Assembly (NCBI GenBank): GCA_043228905.1
Contig: JBHGNT010001222.1
Coordinates: forward strand, 1 to 10,848
DNA from: Azolla caroliniana
Lineage: Eukaryota; Plantae; Polypodiophyta
Length of the DNA stretch: 10,848 nucleotides
Direction of reading: 5' to 3'
Under the pieces are notes generated by a model. It did no database searches. It had not been told where the DNA came from and saw nothing but the letters and a program-made list of their open reading frames with translations. This document shows positions 1 to 8,719 of this stretch, in pieces (within the stretch, counting starts at the first letter, position 1; each line of letters opens with the position of its first letter). Position numbers and translations under genes: made by a program.

Positions 1-190
1 AAAGAAATATGAGAAAGCACATTTGTTCTGTAATATACATTCGTTGGAGGGAGAAAATACAGAGATCTCTTATATTTACATGAGGAGAAGTCCCTCTTTA
101 TAAAGGCCAAGATCTGGCCGTTGGGCTAACTAGCTGTTGGAACTAACTAGCCGTTGGGCTAGCCGTTACAACTTTTAAACATTCTCAACA
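1..190 (-). mobile_element. Copia-family LTR (family A), 5' LTR or solo LTR, probably truncated by the window edge
   Basis: Starts TGTTGAGAAT at 190 (minus). 51-190 aligns with 5301-5435 (gagaaaatacagagatc...ttataaaggccaagat...attctcaaca) and weaker similarity continues to about 20. No PPT precedes it. Confidence 0.88.
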
Positions 191-199
191 GAATCTCAC

Positions 200-381
200 C
201 TGGGTTGGAATCCCCTTGGCTTTGGCAACTTCTTTGAACAGGAAAGCTGTAACAGCATTTGTTGCATATCTCTGGCTCGCATTGTGTTTGATGACAAGCC
301 CCTCGTGTAATTTTGGCTGATGATGATCCTCATGTCTTTCAGAATAATTAGGGTGCAATGCATGGGCCATATCAGCAGATA
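200..381 (-). CDS. DNPEP: Aspartyl aminopeptidase exon 8; gene continues beyond the window start
   Basis: Acceptor TTGCAG|TA; 182 nt, (V)SADMAHALHPNY...IKHNASQRYAT...GIPTQ; donor CAG|GTGAGA. The expected C-terminal GSTIGP and MHS motifs are not in the window. Confidence 0.95.
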
Positions 382-910
382 CTGCAAACGATAAATAATC
401 TCAGAGATGTCAATTTAAAACATAATACAATCTGGGTTAAGTCAAGGATTTGACTGCATGCACATTCCATTTGTAACCTTGATTGGTAACTAATTTTATA
501 GACATGGTAAATCCTCATTTTTAATTAATCCATAATCTTGCCCATCTCCATAATTTCAACAATGAAACTATTCGAGGATATGTTCAGCAGTGCATTACCC
601 ATGTTCCTAGGCAAGAACCTACAATTGAGGTTATTAAAACCTGACACTGAAGCAATTAAACCTTATATACAAGTTAGAACCTCATTTTCATACTCTTACC
701 CATATCATGTTATTTTGAGAGAAGCAATTTGAGGATATGTTTAATAGTGAATCTTCCATGCTGATTGACAGTTCTTAGGTGGTAATAAACCAGATAATGC
801 TTTTCTCAATGCAGATACAGGCATAACTTTCTAAAATTTGGGCAATCTGACTTCAAAATAAAAGGGGTAGCTCACTGTTTGAAGTATTGACAGCTGTCAT
901 AATTGCTTAC

Positions 911-1043
911 CAAGAAATGACCGTCTAATAGCTCTCTCCGTAAGACCTTCATGCTGGGAAGAAGCACCAAGTATCTTCGAAATTCTACTCATTGCTTCAA
1001 ACAATGCTGGTGATCCAGCTCCTTGAGCAGAGTCTGATCCAAC
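911..1043 (-). CDS. DNPEP: Aspartyl aminopeptidase exon 7 (not in the ORF track)
   Basis: Acceptor TTGCAG|GTT; 133 nt, VGSDSAQGAGSPALFEAMSRI...ERAIRRSFL, completing the DNEEVGS motif; donor G|GTAAGC, phase 1. Confidence 0.95.
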
Positions 1044-1289
1044 CTGCAAAATATATAACAGGCACATTTCAAACATGATTTACATCCACACAAATCTTTT
1101 CCTTTGGTGCTTTGCTCCATTGTAGCTCTGAAAACGCTCCAATTTTATTTCATAATTTCTTTTGTTCTGCAATGATATCTTTTTCATACATTTAACTGAT
1201 CAACACATACCATTTTTAAGTGTGTTATTAATAACACTTAATCCTATTAACTGGTTCAGTTCGAATCAATGATAATTATTACACCTCAC

Positions 1290-1529
1290 CTCTTCATTGT
1301 CGAATAATGCAACCATCCTTATTGCACTCTCATCCTCAAGACTAACAGCATCTTGGCTACTATCCAGCAATGCCCGAAGTGCACAATAAGATGAAGCAAG
1401 ATTATCCAATCTTCCCGAGAAAATAAACTCATGATGAGCACCTCCAAGACAACTGGGTTGTGTATCACACACATCAAGCTCCAAATCTGCAATCTCTTCT
1501 ACCTGACAGCCCAGCTCTTCAGCTAGTAT
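1290..1529 (-). CDS. DNPEP: Aspartyl aminopeptidase exon 6
   Basis: Follows a 72-nt intron; acceptor TGTAG|ATA; 240 nt, ILAEELGC...DTQPS...SGRLDNLASS...ALFDNEE (RLDN and NEE catalytic/metal motifs); donor GAG|GTGAGG. Confidence 0.96.
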
Positions 1530-1601
1530 CTACACATAAAAATTTAACACATTCAGCTCCAGATAGTGCTGCATAACAGGACTTTTCGAGAAAACTATTA
1601 C

Positions 1602-1731
1602 CTCCAAAAGTATTGGATGATGTGGCTTTACAGGAGAGTCCTTATTAATAACCCCAGACTTTAATTGAGTAGCCAATATTGGAACTAAGTGGCTTTCAAG
1701 ATTTGGTTTAAACCCATCTGTATTCACAGTT
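1602..1731 (-). CDS. DNPEP: Aspartyl aminopeptidase exon 5
   Basis: Acceptor CTCTAG|A; 130 nt, TVNTDGFKPNLESHLVPILAT...HHPILLE; donor GAG|GTAATA, phase 0. Confidence 0.93.
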
Positions 1732-1748
1732 CTAGAGGCAACACAAAA

Positions 1749-1750
<2 letters not shown>

Positions 1751-1797
<47 letters not shown>
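1751..1797. repeat. (TC)23 microsatellite; (GA)n on the gene's sense strand
   Basis: Perfect dinucleotide run in intron 4. Confidence 0.99.
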
Positions 1798-1800
<3 letters not shown>

Positions 1801-1823
1801 CTCGTTGCGCCGAGCATATGCAA

Positions 1824-1887
1824 ATGGCTAATTAAATGCCTTCACCACATTTTACATGGCTAATTAAATGCTTTTACCATATTTTAC
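1824..1887. repeat. 32-bp tandem duplication (2 copies)
   Basis: atggctaattaaatgccttcaccacattttac / atggctaattaaatgcttttaccatattttac, 3 mismatches. Confidence 0.92.
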
Positions 1888-2171
1888 AAGTCCTAAACAG
1901 TACTGCACAGGGCTGCATGCCTTTGCTTATCTTTTTTCCTAGGTTGCTAGAGTTTCTTGCAGAACTCACTCTCACACTTGGCAAATCCGATGCCTAATTA
2001 CAATTGCCTTCAGTAAATCTACTAACAAACGGATTACTGGTTGAGATTGATTGGCAGGAAAAAGGATTTGGGACTTCCTCAAGACCTCCAATTAGGGATT
2101 ATGGCACTATCCAAAGTAGGACCACAGACTCTAGGGGGACTTTCAGAGTTCTCTCATTCCACTATTAGGAT

Positions 2172-2789
2172 CATAGAATGAACCATACGTATCATACGTG
2201 CATTTGCATTAGAGAATGATTCAATCAAACGTGTATGGTAAATCATCTCAAAGTTGGATTGGATTGACTATGGTCTATATTATATATTGATTCACTCTCA
2301 ATCCCAATAAGTGGACTCTAATCCATTGTGAACCACCAACATAAGTATAATGTATGGTTGCAATATTTGCATTGTATCACATGCATACTTTTGGGATGTT
2401 TCTTAAGAATCAAGACATCTCTATCATCCTCACTTCAGAGATTGAATCAAAATATGTCATTATAAATTATAATCAAACGTTCAAAAACTCATAAAACGTA
2501 TATTCAAGAATATGAAGAAAACATGACATAGGCAGTAGTATTATAACACTAACATAAAATTTTGCTATAAAAATGGTACTAATGAGAGAGAGAGAAAGAT
2601 GTGAAAATTGGGAATCGAACCCAAGACATAGATAGCAATAGCATGACTCCTTACCACTAGGGTGAGCTGAATTGTAATGAAAAAAAAAGAAAAAAAAGAA
2701 AAAAAAAGGATCACGTATTTTTCCCATTTCAAACGTGTTCGTTTCCAAACGTTTGAATGCTTGCACGAACACGAATATTACGTTCTATG
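2172..2789. mobile_element. Non-autonomous hAT-like DNA transposon (618 bp)
   Basis: Perfect 8-bp TSD ATTAGGAT (2164-2171, 2790-2797); imperfect TIRs CATAGAATGAACCATACG / CATAGAACGTAATATTCG (13/18, first 7 exact); repeated AAACG/ACGT subterminal motifs; no transposase. Confidence 0.85.
2610..2667 (-). other. tRNA-like Pol III A/B-box remnant (SINE head or tRNA relic)
   Basis: CTAGTGGTAA followed by GGTTCGATTCC (2621-2611), 32 nt between TAGTGG and GGTTCG; no intact cloverleaf seen. Confidence 0.5.
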
Positions 2790-4290
2790 ATTAGGATGGG
2801 ATAGCTGTATTCAGTTGGCAAGTACTTGGATACCTATTCTATTATATGTTGAATAGATAGTGTGCTTATAACCCCTTAAGAAGGCTTATGGAGAGACATT
2901 TTAGATAGCCTACATTCTTCTTCCTTGTTATCCCTTCAATGTTGTTACCTGAGAGTTTCCTACCTCATAAGGCTCGAACAACTACATTTCCGGTTGGCTC
3001 ACTAGCAAACTATCTCCCTGGATGAGGAAAGATAGTAAACCAATTTCCGATTCATCGAAGAGTCGGACTAGATTATTAAATATTTAATGCGCGAAGATGT
3101 GCTCACAATCTTATTTATTTGATACCCTTGTTACCTCTACAATTCTTTTATAGAGTGCAGATTTTGGGGTCTATCATTGCATAAGGCAGCAGCATAGGCT
3201 TGACTTACTAGGTAGTAGAGGGTATGCAGTAGTAGCACTAGAGAGGATATCTCACTAACTTCCAAAATCTTAGTAAATTGCTTGATACTCTTGATACCGT
3301 TATAATTCTTTATGTAGCTCAGATTTGGGGGCCTAGTTTGGAGGTTTCTCTAATTGGTGGAGATCAATGGAGAAACCTATTGTTCCATGATCTCCAAAAT
3401 TATTTGAAGTAAATCACATGTACGCCATGAGACAATCAGGGATGAGATAACTGCACCACTGATGGCTGTAGAGGCTCTAGTCAATGTTGTTTTCTTCAGA
3501 GTACATGGAACTTCCTCAATATAGAAACGCCAGGTTGCCTTTGTAGACCTCTTGACCGTCGACGATTATGGGCAATGCTTCATGTTGGTATGGGCAAAGG
3601 GCATCGTCATTTGAATTCCATCCATGATTTCAGCATAGGAAGACAACCTCCCTTCAAGTGCTCCTTGGATTCATCATCTCCCACACTAACTCACTCAGAA
3701 ATTAGCTGATTCAGATCTTATTTCTGCTAGAGACTTTAAGGACATGGATAAAGCCCATGCAGGAGTTTGGTAATACTATGGCATTTGCAATGTTTAGAAA
3801 GTGTGTTGTCAAAGAGTTGGGAAACACATTGTTCTGAAGCCACCATTACAGTGGCAATATTGTAGGAAGAAAGATGTTTTAGAATATTGGAGTTGCGTCT
3901 TCAACTGTAAAAGTTTTTGGACCAGCTCTAAGATCAATAGGTGACTCAGGTATCAGAAACAATCAGCCTATTCTGGACAAAAAGTACAGTGCGTGACATG
4001 GAGATTATTCTTGCTGACCCTGTATGTATTCTTGTCCACGTAAATATCGATCACACTGCCACCTTCTACATTAGTGCTTGAATTCCATCCTTCAAATCTA
4101 GATGATGACCTACCAAAAATGAACCACTGCCATGGGTTCAAGTCTTGAGAGTATTAAGCTGTACTCCATAAAAATTAAGGGACCACTAGTAATAAAAAAA
4201 TTGGATGGAGCCATAAATTTACAAATACTAAACCAAGTGCTAGACCGGATCACAGATTTTTAAAATTGTTATTAAGGATGTTACAAATAC

Positions 4291-4563
4291 CGGTCGAGAT
4301 GAATAGCCAGTGTTGGAATACGAAGAATTGGCCGCTTTACTTTCACAAGTCTATGTACCACTGAGCCATTGTTTAATTTCAACAATACTCTGCCAGCTAC
4401 AGAAAGATCTCTATCAAACCATGTGTGCCAAAGCCCGCCACCATATGTTTGCACGCCCACATTTAGAAACCCTGACTTTAGTGAAGCTGATACAGGTTTC
4501 AACTTAGGGCATGGACTATCTGTGTGTGCCGCAATCACATGGAAACCGTTTCCAGGTTGAAAC
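4291..4563 (-). CDS. DNPEP: Aspartyl aminopeptidase exon 4
   Basis: Acceptor TGTAG|G; 273 nt, FQPGNGFHVIAAHTDSP...YGGGLWHTWFDRDL...IPTLAIHLD(R), including the metal-ligand His of AHTDSP; donor CG|GTATTT, phase 2. Confidence 0.97.
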
Positions 4564-5010
4564 CTACATGAATAACATTAAATACAATTGATATATGATC
4601 TTGGCACATGGTCTGAATTTTGAAGAACCATCGAAATTCCAAGAGCTACCAACAATGCAATCAAAAACACCACTTCAGGCAAGCCAGCACATAAAGAACA
4701 CAAGATAACCTTATGCATATTATACCCTCACCATATGAGAACACCTATGACTGAAATTTCTATTCATAATGATGAGTTTAAACTTGAGCTCTGTATACGC
4801 TGCTCAGGAATCCAAATCTAAAAACACAAAAGTGGTGACTAAAAGATGGAAACCAATAAAAAATCCCCAAGCAGAAAGAAAGGAAAGACTATTCACCCAT
4901 GAAACCCAAAAACATGCCATGTACATTCTCATCTATATAAAAGGAAAAGCTTATTGAACTGACTGTAATCTAGATAATTGGAAGACAAAGATAGAGAGTT
5001 CTTCGCACAC

Positions 5011-5146
5011 TTTTCCCCAATGGCAAATGCTATGATAGTAGACATATTTCGTGTGAAAAAGTAGCGCCCCCCTGGCATAACTTTCCATTCATCCTCTTCT
5101 TTGAGCAATTGATACCCTGCTCCAAGCAGGAGCCGTTTAGCCTCAG
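5011..5146 (-). CDS. DNPEP: Aspartyl aminopeptidase exon 3
   Basis: Acceptor TTGCAG|CT; 136 nt, (A)EAKRLLLGAGYQLLKEEDEWKVMPGGRYFFTRNMSTIIAFAIGE(K); donor AA|GTGTGC, phase 2. Confidence 0.95.
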
Positions 5147-5214
5147 CTGCAATAAAACATCCAATCATTTAGAATTATAACATATACTTCAACTATATAA
5201 CATAGGGCCTTTAG

Positions 5215-5435
5215 TGAAAAACAGTAGGAACAGATTGCATGAGGACACGAGGGATCTTTCATTTATTCTCAAGAGTATACATATATGTTACAACAGGTGA
5301 GAGAAAATACAGAGATCACTTATCTTCCATAAGGAGGAGAAGGCTCCTCCTTATAAAGGCCAAGATATGGCCATTGGGCTAACTAGCTGTTGGGGCTGGG
5401 TAGCCGTTGGGCTACAATTTTAATCATTCTCAACA
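5215..5435 (-). mobile_element. 3' LTR (family A, about 221 bp) of a Ty1/copia element
   Basis: TGTTG directly after the PPT; TATA-like TTTATAA near 5351-5357; AATAAA at 5267-5262; ends TTTTTCA at 5215 (this boundary is inferred). Confidence 0.85.
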
Positions 5436-5445
5436 CTCCCCCTCA
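5436..5445 (-). other. Polypurine tract of the copia element, overlapping the pol stop codon
   Basis: Minus strand TGAGGGGGAG|TGTTG; the TGA at 5445-5443 ends ...DIFCPS*. Confidence 0.9.
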
Positions 5446-6921
5446 AGATGGGCAAAAGATATCCACTAAGTCGATCTTGTCACACAGTCTAGAAAGACTT
5501 ACTGGCCCAAGTCCCTTTGTGAGACAATCTGCTACTTGATCTTCAGTGTACACATGGCTCAATTTTAATATTCCACTATCAAGTTTCTCCTCATAAAGAA
5601 TCTGCCGATTTCGATGTGCTTGGTCCTATCATGCTGCACCGGATTGTTGGCAATGCTGATTGCTGACTTATTGTCACACCACAGTCTCATCTGACTTTCT
5701 TGATTCATCCTTTGTTCTTTTAGGAGAGTTCTCAGTCACAACATCTCTGCAATTCCAACAGCAATAGCTCTATACTCTGCTTCTGTTGTTGACCTTGCCA
5801 CTACCGAATGTTTCTTACTCTTCCAAGAGACCAGATTGCCCCCAACGAACATGCTACTCCTGATGTGGATTTCCTATCATCAGCACAACTAGCCCAATCG
5901 GAATCACAATAGTCCTCAATGTTGAAATGACCATGTTTTCTAAAGATCAATCCCTTCCCCGGTGCACCTTTGAGATATCTCAGAATCTGGTACACTGCAT
6001 CCATATGATATTTCCTTGGGTCATGCATGTAGCGATTTACCACACTTACTGAAAATGAAATATCTGGACGAGTGTGAGTCAGATAATTTAGCCACCCTCC
6101 CAATCTCTGATACATTTCACGATCAACTTTCTCTCTTGCAAGTTCTGTTAATTTGATCTTTCGATCAATTGGATAAGATACAGAGGCCTACAACCTAACA
6201 TTCCAGTTTCTGTGAGAATATCTAATACATACTTTCGCTGAGATAGAACTCCTTCTGCCCCACAAGCTACTTCAATTCCAAGAAAATATCGTAGCAAGCT
6301 TAGATCCTTCACCTCAAACTCTTTAACCAATTGCACCTTCAGTTGGGCAATCTCTCCTTCATCGTCACTTGTGATAACTATATCATCCACATACACATCA
6401 AGTAATGTAATATGCTCCTTGTGTTGTCAGAACACTATGTGGTCCACATTGATCTAATGGTATCCCATACCCACCATAGCCCTTCTTATTCTGTTGAACC
6501 AAGCTTGCGGAGACTGCTTCAATCCATAAAGCAACTTCCTTAGTTTGCAAACCTTGCCTACTATTTGAATTATACCAAAACCTAGAGGGATATCCATGTA
6601 CACTTCCTCCATCAACTCTCCATGAAGGAATGCATTTTATACATCTAATAATGTAATTTCCAATCCTTATTAATTGCCAATGAAGTAAGTGTTCTAAAAG
6701 TGCTCATCTTCGCCACATGTGCAAAAGTTTCATCCTAATCAATGCATTATATCTGACTATATTCCTTAGCCACTAATCGTGCCTTGTAACAATCTATTTT
6801 GCCCTCTGGGTTTTTTTTACTATAAACACCCATTTGCACCCAACCGCCTTCTTTCCTGGTGTTAATGACACAATCTCCCAAGTTTTGTTCTTCTCAAGAG
6901 CTCCGAGTTCTTCTTGCATAG
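5443..6921 (-). pseudogene. Degenerate Ty1/copia pol: reverse transcriptase and RNase H
   Basis: Motifs QEELGALEKNKTW, YKARLVA, NAFLHG, LYGLKQSP, YVDD (6393-6382), [38 protein letters not shown]; multiple frameshifts and stops. Confidence 0.96.
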
Positions 6922-7575
6922 TGTGAAGTCAGTTTTTGTTTGCAAGGAAAGATTGTTGCAAATATGTTGGATGTTGAGATGTCTAACAATAAAGAGTGAT
7001 ATGAAAGGATCAAGTATTAATGGGGGGAGGAACTTGAAGGGATATAAAGTTAGAGGCGTTTTTCAAAAGTAGAAAAAGGCAAGGTATGGGTATGAGGATT
7101 TAGGTAGAGGAAAAAGCTCATAACGTCTTCATCCAAATTTCAAAAGGGAAGTTTTATAAAAAAAGCTGATAATAAGGGCTTTCCAAAAAAAGTATTGCAT
7201 GACAAATTTGGGATGAGAGAGGAAAAATAGTGACATAAAAAAAACGCCCCACATAAACTCAAGGATATTTAAAAAGAAAAGAAACGAAAAAAGAAAGAAT
7301 AACGCAACCAAAAACCTATAAATAGGAGGGTATTCTTAGCAATTTCGGAGGGGAGGAGAAAGAATAGAAGGTCTACAAGAGGTGAGAAGAGTCTTGGTAG
7401 AAGGAGGGAAGAATGGAAGTCTATTTTGGTTTGAAGTCATAGAAAGAAAAAAAGTTCGATGTAGTTGAGTTTTTAGCTGGAGTCTAAGAAGCTTGTATTG
7501 TCCCCCAACGTTATAATATAACATTCCTTTCTCTTTCTTTTCTCCTCTCTATCTTTTCTCTATCTCTCTTCATCA
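6922..7575 (+). mobile_element. Nested solo LTR (654 bp) inserted in copia pol
   Basis: Termini TGTGAAG...CTTCATCA; perfect 5-bp TSD CATAG at 6917-6921 and 7576-7580; removal restores DPKWKATM-QEELGALEKNKTW. Orientation inferred from CCTATAAATAGG near 7315-7326. Confidence 0.92.
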
Positions 7576-7939
7576 CATAGTTGCTTTCCACTTTGGATCT
7601 TTTTGGGTAAAGTGACAAAGTCTAATGATGCAATGGATACTCGTATGTGTAGGTGATATGCTAGAGTAAGAGATAAACTGAGTAATATCATGAGGAAAAC
7701 CATAATGATTAGGAGGGACTCCTGCATTACTGCAATAGGTCCTCCCAACCGATACAGGAGAAGGAGAGGAAATCATATCACCTGTGTTTTTTGGGTTTGA
7801 GAGTTCTATGCATATTTCAAAAGTTGAGGCGAGTCGGGACATGGACTGCAAACGTGTTTGTATTCCTTTCCTTCTGCCTGTTGGAGGGTGGCAGCTCCAA
7901 ACCTACACTCTCTTTCATCTTTATTATCTCTATACTACA

Positions 7940-8007
7940 TTCTCTCTCTAGAATCTGCAACTCTTTAAATGCCTTCTCTCTCTAGAATCTGCAATGCTTT
8001 AAATGCC
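7940..8007. repeat. 34-bp tandem duplication in the copia linker
   Basis: ttctctctctagaatctgcaa(ct/tg)ctttaaatgcc x2, 2 mismatches. Confidence 0.92.
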
Positions 8008-8091
8008 TTTTCTCTCTTCCACTTTTTCCAAGATATTCTCTTTCTATTCCTAGTTTATTGTACCTATTTGGTAGTACAAGAGTCTCTTAAC

Positions 8092-8175
8092 TACCAAACA
8101 ACCATTCACCCTTTGATGACTCAATTGAGATTGAAAATATGAGGGAAGAAGGAGATACCAAACAACCATTCACCC
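8092..8175. repeat. 20-bp direct repeat in the copia linker
   Basis: taccaaacaaccattcaccc at 8092-8111 and 8156-8175, each followed shortly by gatgactca. Confidence 0.88.
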
Positions 8176-8328
8176 ATGCAAAATCTATCGATGACTCATT
8201 GAATGGAGGTGGAAAATTTCCGCAATTAGCAACAAGCTTTCCTACACATGGACTATTGTCCTTTACAAAACACACATCCAAACAGCTTCAAAGGAAGGAT
8301 CCCAGATTTATCTCCTTGCAACAGCTCA

Positions 8329-8719
8329 TTTTAGATCCCCTTATAGATTTGGGGTATGCGGAAGCGTGTGTGAGAGTGGGTGTATGGGCAAGAGAAGGAA
8401 TCCAAGAAAATAACCAGAAATAATAAAATACTCAGTAAGGGGATGACCGCTTATGCACTGATGAGAAAACTATATTAATCAACTAAAGATCATCAACTGA
8501 ACACAATGGGCCAAGGGGATTTTATATACAAGTCCTCAAGGGACTGCCGCATTAAATGTGGTTTGTGGAGTCTAGTCATAGACATCCACTCAAGTACGAT
8601 TCTGTCACAAGAATATCTAGTTTTTCATGTAACTAGATAGTTCACACGGATTACAATGCTCATGATTGTGCTTTTCTTCATAAGCGCGTGTTCACATAAG
8701 TTGAGCTTGATTCTCAACA
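8329..8719 (-). mobile_element. LTR-like segment (family B, about 391 bp), unrelated internally to family A
   Basis: Minus strand starts TGTTGAGAATC, has TGTATATAAAA and a pyrimidine-rich 3' part with CGCTTCCGC, and ends GATCTAAAA (possibly decayed CTAACA) where integrase similarity begins. It has no matching TSD of its own. Confidence 0.55.

Larger units (their letters stand above)
7576..8328 (-). pseudogene. Degenerate copia integrase C-terminus and integrase-RT linker
   Basis: ELLQGDKSGILPLKLFGCV/CFVKDNSPCVGKL (frameshifted) near 8327-8235; NAGVPPNHYGF, FISYSSISPTH, IASLDFVTLPK and DPKWKATM near 7740-7576. The GKGY region appears deleted. Confidence 0.82.

Noticed and set aside
115-170. 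CRISPR-like repeat array
   Set aside because: Short LTR U3 repeats with no unique spacers, in a eukaryotic intron.
1530-1823. 97-aa ORF with an ER-repeat N-terminus
   Set aside because: Only 1602-1731 is exon; the rest is translated microsatellite and intron.
2610-2670. Functional tRNA gene
   Set aside because: A/B-like boxes are present but I cannot form acceptor or anticodon stems.
2473-2772. 99-aa ORF with poly-Phe inside the hAT-like element
   Set aside because: Derived from a poly-T run, non-ATG start, no transposase motifs.
1-5435. Exons 3-8 as cargo of one LTR element (LTR...LTR transduction)
   Set aside because: The PPT is on the outer side of the 5215-5435 LTR, no PBS follows it, no PPT precedes 190, introns are retained, and exons 1-2 continue in phase outside.
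7129-7524. Small ORFs of 60 and 62 aa
   Set aside because: They lie inside the solo LTR and reflect its A/T-run composition.
5443-8328. Active or domesticated reverse transcriptase
   Set aside because: Multiple frameshifts, stops, deletions and a nested insertion; gag and protease are missing.
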